DNA from: Chara braunii
Lineage: Eukaryota > Plantae > Charophyceae
Reading direction: 5' to 3'
Assembly (NCBI GenBank): GCA_003427395.1
Contig: BFEA01000002.1
Location: 9,727,950 to 9,791,949, forward strand
Length of the DNA: 64,000 bases
The notes below the pieces were generated by a model that saw only the letters and a list, made by a program, of their open reading frames with translations, was not told where the DNA came from and searched no databases. The position numbers were made by a program, and so were the translations under genes. Every line of letters starts with the position of its first letter. Position 1 is the first letter of the stretch. Positions 25,298-37,834 of the stretch are shown here, in pieces.

Positions 25298-26498
25298 GAC
25301 GCCACTTTTTGAGAATCTTACGCAGATTCCAGAAAACCCTTTGCATATACCAATCCCGTCGAGGAAGTCATAAGGTTATGATTTCACGAGGTAATCCCAA
25401 AAACAAAAACAAAAACACTTTATGTAGTTAGGACCGCCGGATGAATAATATTCGGATTACCCCGATGATTTCACTATCATGCTTATGCATTGAGGGGTCA
25501 TCGTTCGCATAAAAACAAGTTGAATAAGTGAAAAGTAAACGTATGAAAAAGTTGTCAAACGTAATGAAAGGCGTAACATTTTAAGATTTAAATAACTTGG
25601 TATTGGAGACGAATACTCGATCATTCGTGGAACAGAAAGAGTAATTATTGTCCAGGAGGACAAAGCGACCAACAAAATTGTTATTCGCTCCTCCAAGTAG
25701 TTCCGCATGGTACAGAAACGTGGTCGAACCGAGAATTCAAAACGTCGACCAAGAACCAGATCACTTGTTGATCTGCATAGTACCAGTGGTATTTACTTGC
25801 AGAAATTATTCATGACAAGTTTTAGTAGTCATGATTGTAAGATCAATCTTAGTTTATTTCTTTAATTAATAGTATTGGAGTGACAATATAAAAGTTTTTC
25901 AGTTATACAGGTCGAAATTAAACACCTTGGCAGACCAACTCATCAAGTCCATGATTTGGATTGTGTTATTTTGTTTTAAGGTATGAGGATTTGTGTTGTT
26001 TTGATTGCTAGGGACAAAGGATTGTTTTCACGCTTGGTTGAGACTGTCCTAGTCGACCGGCGTACGCTTCGTACTTGGGAGATCAGCGCCTCAGGGAACG
26101 AACGACGTTCAGGTCCGTTCGGCGTTTACTTAAACATTTCCTATACTGCAGCGATACGAGCAAACACCCTCGGCTGATCTATCTCTACGATTGCATTTAA
26201 AAATCTTCGCACGTGGGTAAGTAGCTCGGTAGGGATACGCCCCTAAGGGTGGTGACAACCCCTTAGGGATGCAAGCTTATGCCCCGCGGGAACCTGTCCT
26301 GTCATAGGGGACCGCGGGATGTACAGCTGGCGCACCCAACTAGAGCGGCGAAGGAGCGATGCAACCGCGTCCGTCTCGGAGGTTCGCGGAAATGTTATGC
26401 GTCGTTCCCGAGTTGTCTCTCGAATTATGATTTAGGTAAACTCCTGCGTGACATGGCCGGGAGGGCCCTCGATTTCGCGCGAGGGCCAATGCGCTCGA

Positions 26499-27253
26499 CA
26501 CCGCTGCCTACCAACAAACAACTGGCTGATAGGCAGAACATCCCTGGAAGAGAGAGGGTTTGTTATCCTCTGGGGCAAATTGTGCATTAACGCGTTTCCG
26601 TCTAAGAAACGACCGGAAACAATCGAACACATATTCCTTCAGTGCTTAAGTGCACTCTGGCTGTGGAGATGGTGGGATAGAGTTTGGGAGCAGCTAGGAA
26701 CAAAGGCCCCGTGGTCTTGGGACTGGAAGGCGTTGCTGTGTGAAACATGGCCCAAGGGCCAGACAAACCAACTGGATGAATTACTGCTAACATGTTCAAA
26801 GTGGGATAAATGGTGGTGCTCTGGCCTCTCCGGAGACGACGCTGCACATTCGAAATGGAGGGGGTCAGACTAGAAGGACACGAATTCACGGAAAGCATAC
26901 AACACCAGATCCAAACAGAAATAACCACAAAATGGGACGGGGTCAGAGCACTCATCAGAACCTTTGCGACGCAAAATGACATTTAACAAAAAACTCAGGA
27001 ATTTAGCTCAAGCTAGCTTGGGGGACCCAACAGAGGGAGGATAGGAATGGTAGAATGGAAAGGGGAACAAAAGGAATCGGGGGAGGACCAAGGAAGAAAG
27101 GAAATTGTTAGAGACTATCGACTGATATTTCATGAATGGACCAAAATTGATACGGCTATCCCTTTGAAACCCCTTGGAGAATTTTTTGATTTCTCTCCTC
27201 CCCCCCCTTCAAACTGTCTAGTAGAAATGCAGTGGTACGGGAAGGATGAATGA
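26499..27253 (+). pseudogene. LINE ORF2 C-terminus (zinc-binding region), resuming after a 7.5-kb nested block
   Basis: HRCLPTN...C..C...ETIEHIFLQC...FFDFSPPPPSNCLVEMQWYG*. Confidence 0.85.
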
Positions 27254-27917
27254 ATTCAAAGGGAGGGAAAGGAAGGTTTAGGTCCCAAGCTAGCGGAGTT
27301 TATTCCTCACTCACCCACCCAGCCCAATTTTATGGCACAAGAACCTTAACGGATTCAACGCTAGCTTGACAGGTAAGATTTGGCACCACAAGGAAAGGTG
27401 AAGAGGTGCGGGGGCAGTTGATGATGAGAACAAGTGGTTAGAGGAAATAAGGACAGAAGGAAACAAAACATATATTTGATTCCCCCAGAATCAACATCCT
27501 CTCTTCAGTAGCTTGCAGAGATATTCCTAGGCAGCAGTCATCACACTGTTATAGGTTCATTAACCAACAATTTCAATGTAAATGCCAAATGGGACGTTCG
27601 GAAAATTCTTCGACCCATCTTGGGGGGCGTTCGGAAGAATTCGATGTGTCATCACTTCTTCTTTTCTCTCACTTGCTGTCAATGGATGAATGTCTTCATA
27701 ATGTCTTTTCTTCTTGCTCCAATGCATGTGTTATCTAACTTGGTCTAATTATGTTGACTTGAGAAACCTGGTGACCTGTTATTTCTATTTGATTTGATGA
27801 GCAAGCTATGCTTATGCGTTAGTACTTCCAATTACCACATTTTGGATCAATCATAAGATCCTGCAAAATTACACAGCGCATGCCAGCTACTAGAACCCAC
27901 TCCCTCCACATAAGGAG

Positions 27918-28130
27918 GTAGCTTGTGGCTCAGTGGCTAGGGCACCGGTTGTCCATGCGCATTGTGGTGTGAGGTTGCGGGTTCAAAACTCCGCACCTCT
28001 GGGCAGAGACACCGGGGGCGTTTACATAACGCATGGTCACTTGCATAACCCCTTGGGCTGACGCAGGTAAGCTATTACACACTGCTTGCATACCACCCAA
28101 GGGTTCGTCCACGGTGTTGTATGTTGGGTC
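27918..28130 (+). mobile_element. tRNA-derived SINE
   Basis: Box A TGGCTCAGTGG and box B GGTTCAAAAC. A homologous copy lies at 33990-34213 on the minus strand. Confidence 0.75.
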
Positions 28131-28359
28131 TAGACTATGATTGGTCCGCTTGCCGTTCTCGGTCCATGGTTGTTCTGATAATTGTGCAGTTGTTTCCCTG
28201 ACAGTATCTTGTACAACGCATCAACCAGACTAGTTGTCACTGTAGCTTAGTAGGTTTGAGCTGAGGATTGTATGGAAGACGTTGACGGTTCGAAATTGGA
28301 TCACATTGAACTAAGCAATATACAGAGTGTTGTTCTCTACCCTCCTTGTCCATGGTCAC

Positions 28360-28770
28360 GGGTATCTTGGTCTAACGGAACGGGCTCCAGGTATTCGCCC
28401 TGGGTTCAGTTGTGGCTGGCATTGCAGTCACCTTAGTACGCGCTTGTCGGGGTGCTGGAATTGGCTCCAGGTATTAGCTATGGATTCAGTTGAGGCTGGC
28501 ATAGCAGTTACCTTAGTACGGATTTCTCAGGGTACTGGAACGGGCTTTAGGTGCTGGATTTGGGGGGTTCAGTCGTAGTTGATATAGCAGTTACCTTAGT
28601 AGAGACTTGTCGGGGTACCGGAACAAGTACTGGTCCAGAGGGTTCTAGTAGTGTGGCTGGCATAGCTGTCACCTTAGCACAGACTTATTTAGGCACCGGA
28701 ACGGGCTCCGAGTATTGGTCCAGGGTCCAAAGTAGTGTGGCTGGCGTAGCTGTCACCCTAGTACCGGCTA
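28360..28770. repeat. About 80-bp degenerate tandem repeat, 5-6 units
   Basis: Repeated GGAACGGGCTCCAGGTATT...GTGGCTGGCATAGC(A/T)GT(C/T)ACCTTAGTAC. Confidence 0.8.
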
Positions 28771-28829
28771 AGATCCTACAAGGGAACACAGGATCTTCAA
28801 CTCTCTGTCTCATACTACAACTGGCCTAG

Positions 28830-28970
28830 TAACTAGGCTATCACTTGGGATATCAACTCATCTATCAACTAGGAATTCAACTTACCTATCAACTAGGGGT
28901 ATCGATCCCCCTATCGACTAGGCTATCAATTAGGCTATCTACTAGGCTATCAACTAGGCTATCAACTACG
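28830..28970. repeat. 12-bp minisatellite (CTATCAACTAGG)n
   Basis: Seen directly. Confidence 0.85.
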
Positions 28971-29020
28971 ATCTTAAGTCTACTGTGCTAGACGGGAGTC
29001 ATTGTGCACCCTCATGAAGA

Positions 29021-29348
29021 CCTGTAGTAGCATGTTCATACCTAGCTCCCGAAGTCCCCGTGCAATTGGGCTTGCATGGCGTCTGCCTCAACAAGGACTG
29101 AGCAGGGGGTAGAGGTCTCTGCTTAGCCCAGGTGCCTGCAACCGCTGTCTGGTCAGGTCACCCGCCAAGATGGTGATGAATGATGGTCGTGGGTGGTGGG
29201 GGTGCGCCAAGGCAAAAAGATGAGAGGAAGGGTAGGTGGGGTCTTTAGAGGGGTTTATCTAGACAACTAAGTGGCCAATTACTGTTCACCTGTGTAGTAT
29301 TCCACCTCTACAGCAACCTGGGCTCTTAAAAAAAAAAAAAAAAAAAAA
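29021..29348 (+). mobile_element. Poly(A)-tailed repeat family B, copy 1
   Basis: CTGTAG...CCTAGC..CCGAAGT...CCTCTACAGCAACCTGGGCT-poly(A), shared with three other copies. Confidence 0.7.
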
Positions 29349-29383
29349 GGAAAAGGGAGAGGAAACTAACCTCTTCCGCTATG

Positions 29384-30300
29384 TGTACCCCTCGGTCGCA
29401 GCCGCGCCAGGGCCAGGCGGGAGCGCACGCGGAAAAATGGCGTGTGCGCCCCGCCTGCACACGTCGGCCACTACGACCCNNNNNNNNNNNNNNNNNNNNN
29501 NNNNNNNNNNNNNNNNNNNNNNNNNNNNNNNNNNNNNNNNNNNNNNNNNNNNNNNNNNNNNNNNNNNNNNNNNNNNNNNNNNNNNNNNNNNNNNNNNNNN
29601 NNNNNNNNNNNNNNNNNNNNNNNNNNNNNNNNNNNNNNNNNNNNNNNNNNNNNNNNNNNNNNNNNNNNNNNNNNNNNNNNNNNNNNNNNNNNNNNNNNNN
29701 NNNNNNNNNNNNNNNNNNNNNNNNNNNNNNNNNNNNNNNNNNNNNNNNNNNNNNNNNNNNNNNNNNNNNNNNNNNNNNNNNNNNNNNNNNNNNNNNNNNN
29801 NNNNNNNNNNNNNNNNNNNNNNNNNNNNNNNNNNNNNNNNNNNNNNNNNNNNNNNNNNNNNNNNNNNNNNNNNNNNNNNNNNNNNNNNNNNNNNNNNNNN
29901 NNNNNNNNNNNNNNNNNNNNNNNNNNNNNNNNNNNNNNNNNNNNNNNNNNNNNNNNNNNNNNNNNNNNNNNNNNNNNNNNNNNNNNNNNNNNNNNNNNNN
30001 NNNNNNNNNNNNNNNNNNNNNNNNNNNNNNNNNNNNNNNNNNNNNNNNNNNNNNNNNNNNNNNNNNNNNNNNNNNNNNNNNNNNNNNNNNNNNNNNNNNN
30101 NNNNNNNNNNNNNNNNNNNNNNNNNNNNNNNNNNNNNNNNNNNNNNNNNNNNNNNNNNNNNNNNNNNNNNNNNNNNNNNNNNNNNNNNNNNNNNNNNNNN
30201 NNNNNNNNNNNNNNNNNNNNNNNNNNNNNNNNNNNNNNNNNNNNNNNNNNNNNNNNNNNNNNNNNNNNNNNNNNNNNNNNNNNNNNNNNNNNNNNNNNNN

Positions 30301-30340
<40 letters not shown>

Positions 30341-30429
30341 TCAATCAATCAATTAATCAACCAAACCGAATCGATAGGATCTTGATTGGTTTGATTAATT
30401 GATTGATTGATTTGATTGATTTGGTTGAC

Positions 30430-30465
<36 letters not shown>

Positions 30466-30484
30466 CGATTGATTGATTGATTGA

Positions 30485-30515
<31 letters not shown>

Positions 30516-30954
30516 CACCAACACACACACACACACACCAACCCCAGCCTGACTCTTTTTTTTCTTTATTTATTTTCAATTTTTGCGTCTTAATTTTTTT
30601 TGAACACCCAATTTCCCAACAGAAACCCAAAAAACTTTTCTAAAAAAATACAAGACAACTCAGCGACCATGTCCCTCATGATAAAAAATGACCAAAAAAA
30701 AAATCTGCTTTTCTTTCTATTTTCTTTTTAATAATTTGTTTAAATCAAATTTTGTTTTTTATTTTTAAAAAATATTAAATGAAGTCGGATTCCAAAATAA
30801 AAAACATAGGATTGTAGGGTCTTCGAAACCCTACAACCCTATATTTTTATTTATTTATTAACGTATTTTTAGGGGTATACAAAAAATATTAAAAAAACAG
30901 GCCGCGAACCGGGCCTCATTGGCCGCGGTCGCGGCGTAGGCCGCGGGTGTCACA
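29384..30954. mobile_element. TG...CA-bounded insertion (solo-LTR-like), partly gap, with an internal (CAAT)n/(ATTG)n foldback
   Basis: TGTACCCC...GGGTGTCACA termini flanked by an 11/12 direct repeat TCTTCCGC(T/C)ATG. Confidence 0.5.
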
Positions 30955-31718
30955 TCTTCCGCCATGGAAGCAGTCCCTTCCAGTGGCCAATCAATTTGAA
31001 AAATGGGCGGATACGACGCTCAGCCACCGAGATTGCCCCCTTCCCCGGGGAAAACCATCCTCCTCACCGTACAACTGCCCCTGAAGAGAGGAGGTCCTCT
31101 TCTCCTCATCGACCCCAGTTTAGGACAAGCCCCCAAGGTTACTCCCACTCCCTCAAGGGCATACAGTTCCCACCAAAAGCACGCCCCCGGGGAACAGAGG
31201 TTCCTCCAAACCCCCATCCCACCCTCTCCACATGACACAGCCCCCTTAGCACCACTCCCCGCTGAAAACAACGCTCCTTGTTGCGTCTGCCCCCACCAGG
31301 GCCAATCGAACCCCGAAACTAGCCTGAACCCCATATCAAACAAAACCACACATCCGCTCCTACCCCCTCAAGGATCTACACCTCCCTCCTTGCATAGTCC
31401 CTGCAGGATAGAGCTCCCATCCTCCAGGCTGAGACCCAACCGTGAAGAAGGCAATCCCTGCAAGATCTTGCGCCCCTAAACCCATATCCGACAGTTCACA
31501 ATGAAATTCCTTCAACAATGATCTCAAGAAGTTGATTGTATGGTGAACAGGCGCGGGGAGGCTTGGCTGCTCTAGTTTTTGATTCCTCTAAGAGGGGTCG
31601 TCGAATTACCTCATCTCATTTTGTGTGTGTGGAAACTTCCTCCATGTATGAAACAGAGAGAGCCAGAGGGGTACATTTGCACGTCTTCCCTCACTTTGCA
31701 CTGGACCGCCCTTAAATG

Positions 31719-33292
31719 GTTTTTTTTTTTTTTTTTTAAACGAAGTCCATGGTGTTGTAGAGGCTAGTCACTAAGTACATAGTGATCACCTAGAGCAGTA
31801 GGTCGTGGGTGTCCTGGAATATGGGACCACCTCCCATCCCATCCTCACGTCAATACTCCTAGCGTAACCCCTATCCCACTATCCTACCTCAGTATGACCA
31901 GCACTCAAGACCATTACCCTACCAATGGGCAGGTGTAGCGGACCTCTGGTTGGCCTGTGAGACCAGCCCCTTGGCCTGTTCCCATAGGCCTGTGTTGTAT
32001 TCGGGGTAGTCCAGTCCGGGCCGGTACCTCTGTCGGTACCAGTCAGTCCGTTGGGGTATACCCCAGCCAGAGTCTGTACTTTGGGTCTTTCTGCATTCGC
32101 ACAGTTTGGAGTAAGTGCGTTGGAGTCCGCGTGGGAGCTGCACTGTGCCATCTTGCTCCACCCTCATCCTCCATCTCCATCTCTATCCCAGACGGAGCAC
32201 CTCACCCAGTGGATCCGCCACACTAGTATCAGAGCGGGAACGTTCCCCGCTCCCACCCACCACACCGCATAGCAGGAAATACTGCAAAACCCGACAGCGG
32301 TTTTTTTGGCTGTTTTTCGGGCGTTTGCATCGAAAAACAACGAGAACTTGTGACAAGAGGTGCAGTAGGGAAGAAATGACTTGTGGCGAGAAAAGAGAGA
32401 CGGTGATTACTACGCACGTACTCCAAACTGTGACATATGGTTGTCTTGTAACTCTTGTTATTGCTTTGTTGCTCTAAGACTGAGGCTACTGCCTCTAACA
32501 TTTCTAGGATTTAGTTGTTTTTGCTTTTGCTGTTCTTAGGACTTATACACTAGTCAGCTGTTTCCATACTGAGGCTACTGCCTCCAACATTCTAGGATTT
32601 TGTTGTCATTACCTTCTGCTTTCCTAGGACACGAATACTATTTAGTTGCTTTCTACTTTCACTTAGGCTGTTAGTTGTGACGTTGCTGCTTTTGTGACAT
32701 TTTCTAGTCTAGGTTGCATCGCATGGACTCAGCATGGAGCTTGCTCCGCATCCTAGATTACTCGGGTTTTCTTTTCTTTGGTAGAGTTCCGCTTCTTGGC
32801 GGAAGTGTGCTTGTATCTAGGTGATCCATCACAGGGCGAGGATCGTGTAGCGAACCTCTGGTTGGCCTGTGAGACCATCCCCTTGGCTTGTTCCCACATG
32901 CCTGTGTTGTATTCGGGGTAGTTCAGTCCATGCCGGTACCTTTGTCGGTACCAGCCAGTCCAGTCCAGTCCAGTCCAGTCAGTCCGTTGGGGTATACCCC
33001 AGCCAGAGTCTGTACTTTGGGTCATTCTACATTCGCACATTTTGGAGTATGTGCATTGGAGTCTACGTGGGAGCTGCGTTGTGCCATCTTGCTCCACCCT
33101 CATCCTCCATCTCCATCTATATCCCAGGCGGAGCACCTCACCCGGTGGGTCCGCCACAACAGGTAACTTGGACCGAAGAGCAGTGATAGGCACTAGGGCT
33201 GATAGGTTGCCCAACCCCGGTGGAAGCGGAATCGGATCAGCCTTGTCAAACGGGAACTTCGGACGCCCGGCCCAGACAATCTACTACAGGCT
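31719..33292 (-). mobile_element. Family B copy 4, split by the TRIM insertion
   Basis: Poly(T) plus GTTGTAGAGG at 31.75 kb; ACTTCGGACG...CTACTACAGG at 33.26-33.29 kb. Confidence 0.6.
31934..33158 (+). mobile_element. Complete non-autonomous LTR element (TRIM-like, 1225 bp)
   Basis: LTRs 31934-32222 and 32846-33158 (TGTAGCG...CCGCCACA); PBS TAGTATCAGAGC at 32224-32235; purine tract AGGGCGAGGA before the 3' LTR; TSD GCAGG/ACAGG; non-coding interior. Confidence 0.92.
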
Positions 33293-33609
33293 GCAAGAGA
33301 CTTTGGGCCCTAGGATTCAGACAGGGTAGGACCCATTGATCAGTAGGAATTCCGGTGGCCCATAATTGTCCCTACTGCCGATACTAGACCCCACCAGTGA
33401 CTAGACCCCTTCAATCTGATAGTTGTATAGTTCGCAATCTATGTGTGTGTACCCCGAAGGCTATGTATGCTTTGTGTATCTATGCATCAAGATGTACAGA
33501 CAACACCATATGTGGAAACTTGTGTATGTAGCCCATAGGCCATGTATAATTCACAAGCTGTGTATATCTGCCCGAAGGTTGTGTGTGCTCTGTGAATCAA
33601 TGTATCAAG

Positions 33610-33766
33610 AACAACTATTTTGTCAAAACAGACATATTATATTTTTTGAAAGAAATTAAAATTGAGATTTTGGGCCGAAATCTGGTCCAAATTTTTGGCT
33701 CCTAGGGGTCCGGCGTTCCCCTTCGTTCAAAAAATATAATATGTCCGTTTTGACGAAATGGCTGTT
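33610..33766. mobile_element. MITE with 4-bp TSD CAAG, internally deleted copy
   Basis: TIR AACA(A/G)C(T/C)ATTT(T/C)GTCAAAAC; same family as 57948-58269. Confidence 0.85.
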
Positions 33767-33989
33767 CAAGATGTATAGGCAGCATCATGTGTGTATATCG
33801 AAGAGAGAACGGGGTAAGCTGGACAAGGAACCCCCCAACGTCCGAACCAAAGTCGAACCCGTGACCTTCTAACGTGTAATCGAACGACTCTACCATGTGA
33901 ACAACTAGCGGAAATGGTACGAACGTGTGATATGCCAGACTGGGGAGATCAACAGAGCACCCAAGACCAACACCCCCGAGCAACCCATG

Positions 33990-34213
33990 TGAAACCCAGG
34001 GCCAACATACAACACCATGAACAACCCTTGGGTGGTGCGCAGGCAGTGTCTGTAATAGCTAACCTGCATCATCCCAAGGGGGGGGGGTCCAGCTGTGCGT
34101 CATTATGATGCCCTGCCGGTGTCCATTGCGCAAGGCTGCGGATTTGAACCCACAACCTCATACCACGATGCGCATTTCCAATCGGTGCTCTAAACACTAA
34201 GCTACATCAACCG
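33990..34213 (-). mobile_element. tRNA-derived SINE, second copy
   Basis: Reverse complement reads TAGCTTAGTGTTTAGAGCACCG...GGTTCAAATCC, followed by the same body (CCACCCAAGGGTT...GGTGTTGTATGTTGG). Confidence 0.75.
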
Positions 34214-34674
34214 GTCTTATGAAGTCGGGTAATGACCCCGATATCTCATTTTGTACGTAAGGGACGCTGGGCCCAGTTGCCAACACGTGCTGATATCTCA
34301 TTCTGTACATAAGGCACGCTGGGCCCAGTTGCCAACACGTGCTGCTCCCCACGAATAGATTGGAGCTTTCTTTTCAACCAAAAAAAATGGGTGAAACTAT
34401 GAGGGAGTCACAAAAACGAGTTATAATTGCAGTATGCGCCAAGATACAGTTTCGAATTGCAGTTCTAGCAATGTATACAACCCAACTTTCTGGCCAGGTA
34501 GGGTGCCGAAAGTGCAATTGCAAATTGTATCCTGGCCCAAAGAGCCTGATAAGGTTTCTTTGGAATAGCCCAATACCTATCCTCTACCAAATGAGAGCGT
34601 TCACCCCCTTAGCTGCTCCAGTCTATTCGTGGGGAGCAGCACGTGCTGGGAACCGGGCCCAGCGTCCCATATAG

Positions 34675-35586
34675 AATTATACAAATCCTTGGAAAATACC
34701 AGGGCCATTACCTGGCTTCGGCTAAGAACAATCTGAGAACTATTACTTTGGAGATTATGGGACTATGTATGGAAAGGACTAACAGGCCTGGATTGGCCGT
34801 GGGAGTGGAGGGCTATTCTTCTTGGTCACTGGAATCCGGTTATGATCGAACTATCGCAGTTTCAACATAACTTATTCCATTTAAGCAGGAAAGTGGTGTT
34901 GTGGGCATTATGGCATAAAAAATGTATAAGAGCCATTGAAGGAGTTATAGTTGGAAAACAGGAAACGGTGGATACAATTCAACAATTTATTCAATCTGAA
35001 ATAAGATTTCAATGGGAAAAAATGAAAGTCAAAATGATTGAATATAAACAAAAGAAGGATATCACAAAAAGAATCACAAAATTCAGTCTGGAATGGTTAG
35101 GGGATCCATTAGGGGAGAAACTGGGGAAGGTGGAGTGGCCAGGAGGAGAAGAGGATCAGGTGACCTTTAAGCGAGATTACCAGATTACTTTCTACAACTG
35201 GTTTGATATCCAGCCAGGAGCTTCCTTGAGATCACCTGAGTGTTTTTCTGACCCTTTTCCTCCCTCTGCTCTGGCTCTAGTGGATCTGGGATGGTTTGGG
35301 GGGAAAGAGGGAGGATAGGTGATTTCATTAGAAGTGGGGGAGTTTATGGAGATAGATGCTAGGTTAATCTTTTTTCTTCTGGCGGTCATTTTGTATGGCT
35401 GAAGAGGCATCTAGAGTTCCATGAATAGTACAACACCATTCTAGGATATGAGGATTTTTGGATTGATATTTTGTTCGATCAAAGTTATATGTAAGGGACG
35501 CTGGACCCGTTTTCCAGCAGGTGTTGCTCCCCACCAATAGATCGGAGCTTTTTCTTGTGTAAAAAAAAAAAAAAAAAAAAAAAAAG
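34675..35586 (+). mobile_element. 5'-truncated LINE: ORF2 C-terminus (stop at 35318), 3' module and poly(A)
   Basis: ORF 34842-35318 is closely similar to 40749-41027. The module sits at 35493-35547, followed by poly(A). Confidence 0.88.
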
Positions 35587-36282
35587 GTCAGGAAAATTTA
35601 GGAGAAACATGGATAATTGCTGACCTATTGCTAGGCTACTCAAGCAGCAGTTACGAGGTCAAAAAGGAAAGCCACAGAAGTCCTTCGAATGCTTTGGAGG
35701 GACCCAAATTGCTTGGTTATCAGAAATCAGTTTGTGTACCCATTTGAGGAAGCGTGCTCCCAGTTGTGGGGCCAAGTCCAGTATAGTTAGTTCTCCTCTC
35801 ACATTGGGTTTGGTAGTGTCATGCTACTCTACTGATTGTCCTTTTTTCCTTTGCATTATTTCTCCATTATGATATATATGTTGCAATATGTTTCCTCAGA
35901 AAAGGCAATCCTTTCTTAGACCGGGACCATCATACGAGCTATACCGTACAGTTCCAAGTGATGAATTGTTAACTGCTGCCATCCTCCCAAATAATATGGA
36001 ACTTGATGGACGTGGATTTACGATTGAGTGCCAGTTAGGCACCGATGGTCATTATTTGTGGCCTTTCTCAAATTTAAAACAACCAGTACCTTTCCCCGCT
36101 CGGACAAAAAAAGTCCTTGACGGGTTACCAGGAAGTTCAGAGGGAATTGAAATGCCTGGTGACACCAGACAGATACATCTGTGTCGGTTTGTTTGTTTTT
36201 CGGCATGCAGGGCGGATTTAGGCCCGTGGCCGATATATGGGAAAGGTACTGGTGGCTGAAGACCTAGGTTGATTCATTTGGG

Positions 36283-36591
36283 GGAAGTCACTTAGTATGC
36301 TCCTGCTTTGCAAATGACCTCTCTTTATTGGTACATGCTACCCCTAGTAACCTAGTAGTGGTCAAAAAAAATGATATAGACATATTTTCTTGGCTTTCGA
36401 ACATGAACATAGTTGGGGGACCAAAACATTGGGGTCCATCACCCCAATGTTCTGGTCCCCCAACTTATTTCTATGTTCGAGAGCCGAGAAAATTTGTCTA
36501 TCATCTTTTTGCCATCTACTAGGTTACTAGGGGTAGAATGTACCAATAGAGAGGTCATTTTGCAAAGCAGGAGCATACTGAGATGTCTTCC
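36283..36591. mobile_element. Foldback MITE of about 300 bp
   Basis: Whole-length inverted repeat (AGTATGCTCCTGCTTTGCAAA... / ...TTTGCAAAGCAGGAGCATACT). Confidence 0.85.
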
Positions 36592-37834
36592 ACTGGAATG
36601 GAGGCTGCCCTTTTTTTTTTCTGTTTTTCGGGACAAATGCTCCAATCTATTTGTGAGGAGCAGCACGTGCTGGGAACCAGGCCCACTGGAATGGAGTCAA
36701 GTCTAGTCTTTATTTTTTATGAGGTTCACTCTTAGGGCTTTCGTTATGACTATAAACAAGTATGGGGCCAAGGGGTCGTCTTACCTTACTAATCTTTGCA
36801 ACCATATCTTCTGTTAGAGTTTCATTAATTAATACCCTAGTGGAGGCATTACGATGGGAGCGACAATGAGACAGACAAAATGACAGGCCAAGTGGCAGGG
36901 AGACAACAGAAGACGAAGGGGACAAATTCAACACGACAAGAAACACCAAGGGGCCCCTGACAAGTCCACTAGTACTGATCTCCACGGCGAACTTGGAGGG
37001 CGCAGCTCCAGCTCAAAAAGGGACATATCTCACACGACAAAGCACTAAAGGGTACAATAGAATGCAGAGCACACAAGCACAGACGATTGTCAAAGGGGGG
37101 CGTAGGGAAATGGGTCTGGACGAAATGCTGCAGGTACTGAGCTTCGCAGCAGCCACACACAACCCCTGTCTGCCACTCAGGCTCTTCAAAATTTGAAGAA
37201 GGTTTTGGGGGGTATAGGGTTTACAGGCACAGGCATAGTAACAACGAACAGGGGGGCTGTGGAACAGGGCTGGGCCAACGGATAAGGGTGCTCAAAGACG
37301 GGACGGGTGACACTACCAGCCCCATGGGAGATCGGAGCCCCGGAAACAATAAAACACCTCTCACTTACTGATTCCCCCCCTGCACCCCCAAATCCCCAGC
37401 CCCGCGCCTGTCCCATAGATCCTTGCACCCCCTCGCTCCCAATCGGCAGGCAGGAGGCAGAAGTGCATGCAGTGAACAATGACATGCTACGGGCGGCAGA
37501 AGTGGAAGTCGGAGCAGTTACAAGCTTGGTGACTGCGGACAACGGCCTACAAGAGCCAACGATGCCATCGGCGGGAAGCCACGGACTATATAAAAGCTAC
37601 AGTTGACGCACACATACAACCATGCATACTCGAAGCCATGGCAGAACACTCTAGATACACAGACGACTTGTAATTTTAAGGGTTCTAGCCCTACAGATTA
37701 AAAGGTTCACAGGGTGGAGGGGCGATGTCTCAGAGTCACGACAGTTTGCACAGTGAACAACCTAACAACAAGACCAGTAGTAACAAATAACTGTGTTCAA
37801 AACGGTGGGAACAGGAATAGGTCCACCTAAGAGA

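Noticed and set aside
27918-28000. Possible tRNA gene
   Set aside because: No proper cloverleaf or acceptor stem, and it continues into a body shared with 33990-34213, so it is a SINE head.
28360-28770. CRISPR-like appearance of the ~80-bp repeats (also 52085-52487 and 62565-62712)
   Set aside because: The apparent spacers are homologous to each other, the repeats are degenerate, there are no cas genes, and the context is eukaryotic.
878-30300. Long ORFs spanning N runs
   Set aside because: Artefacts of assembly gaps translated as X.
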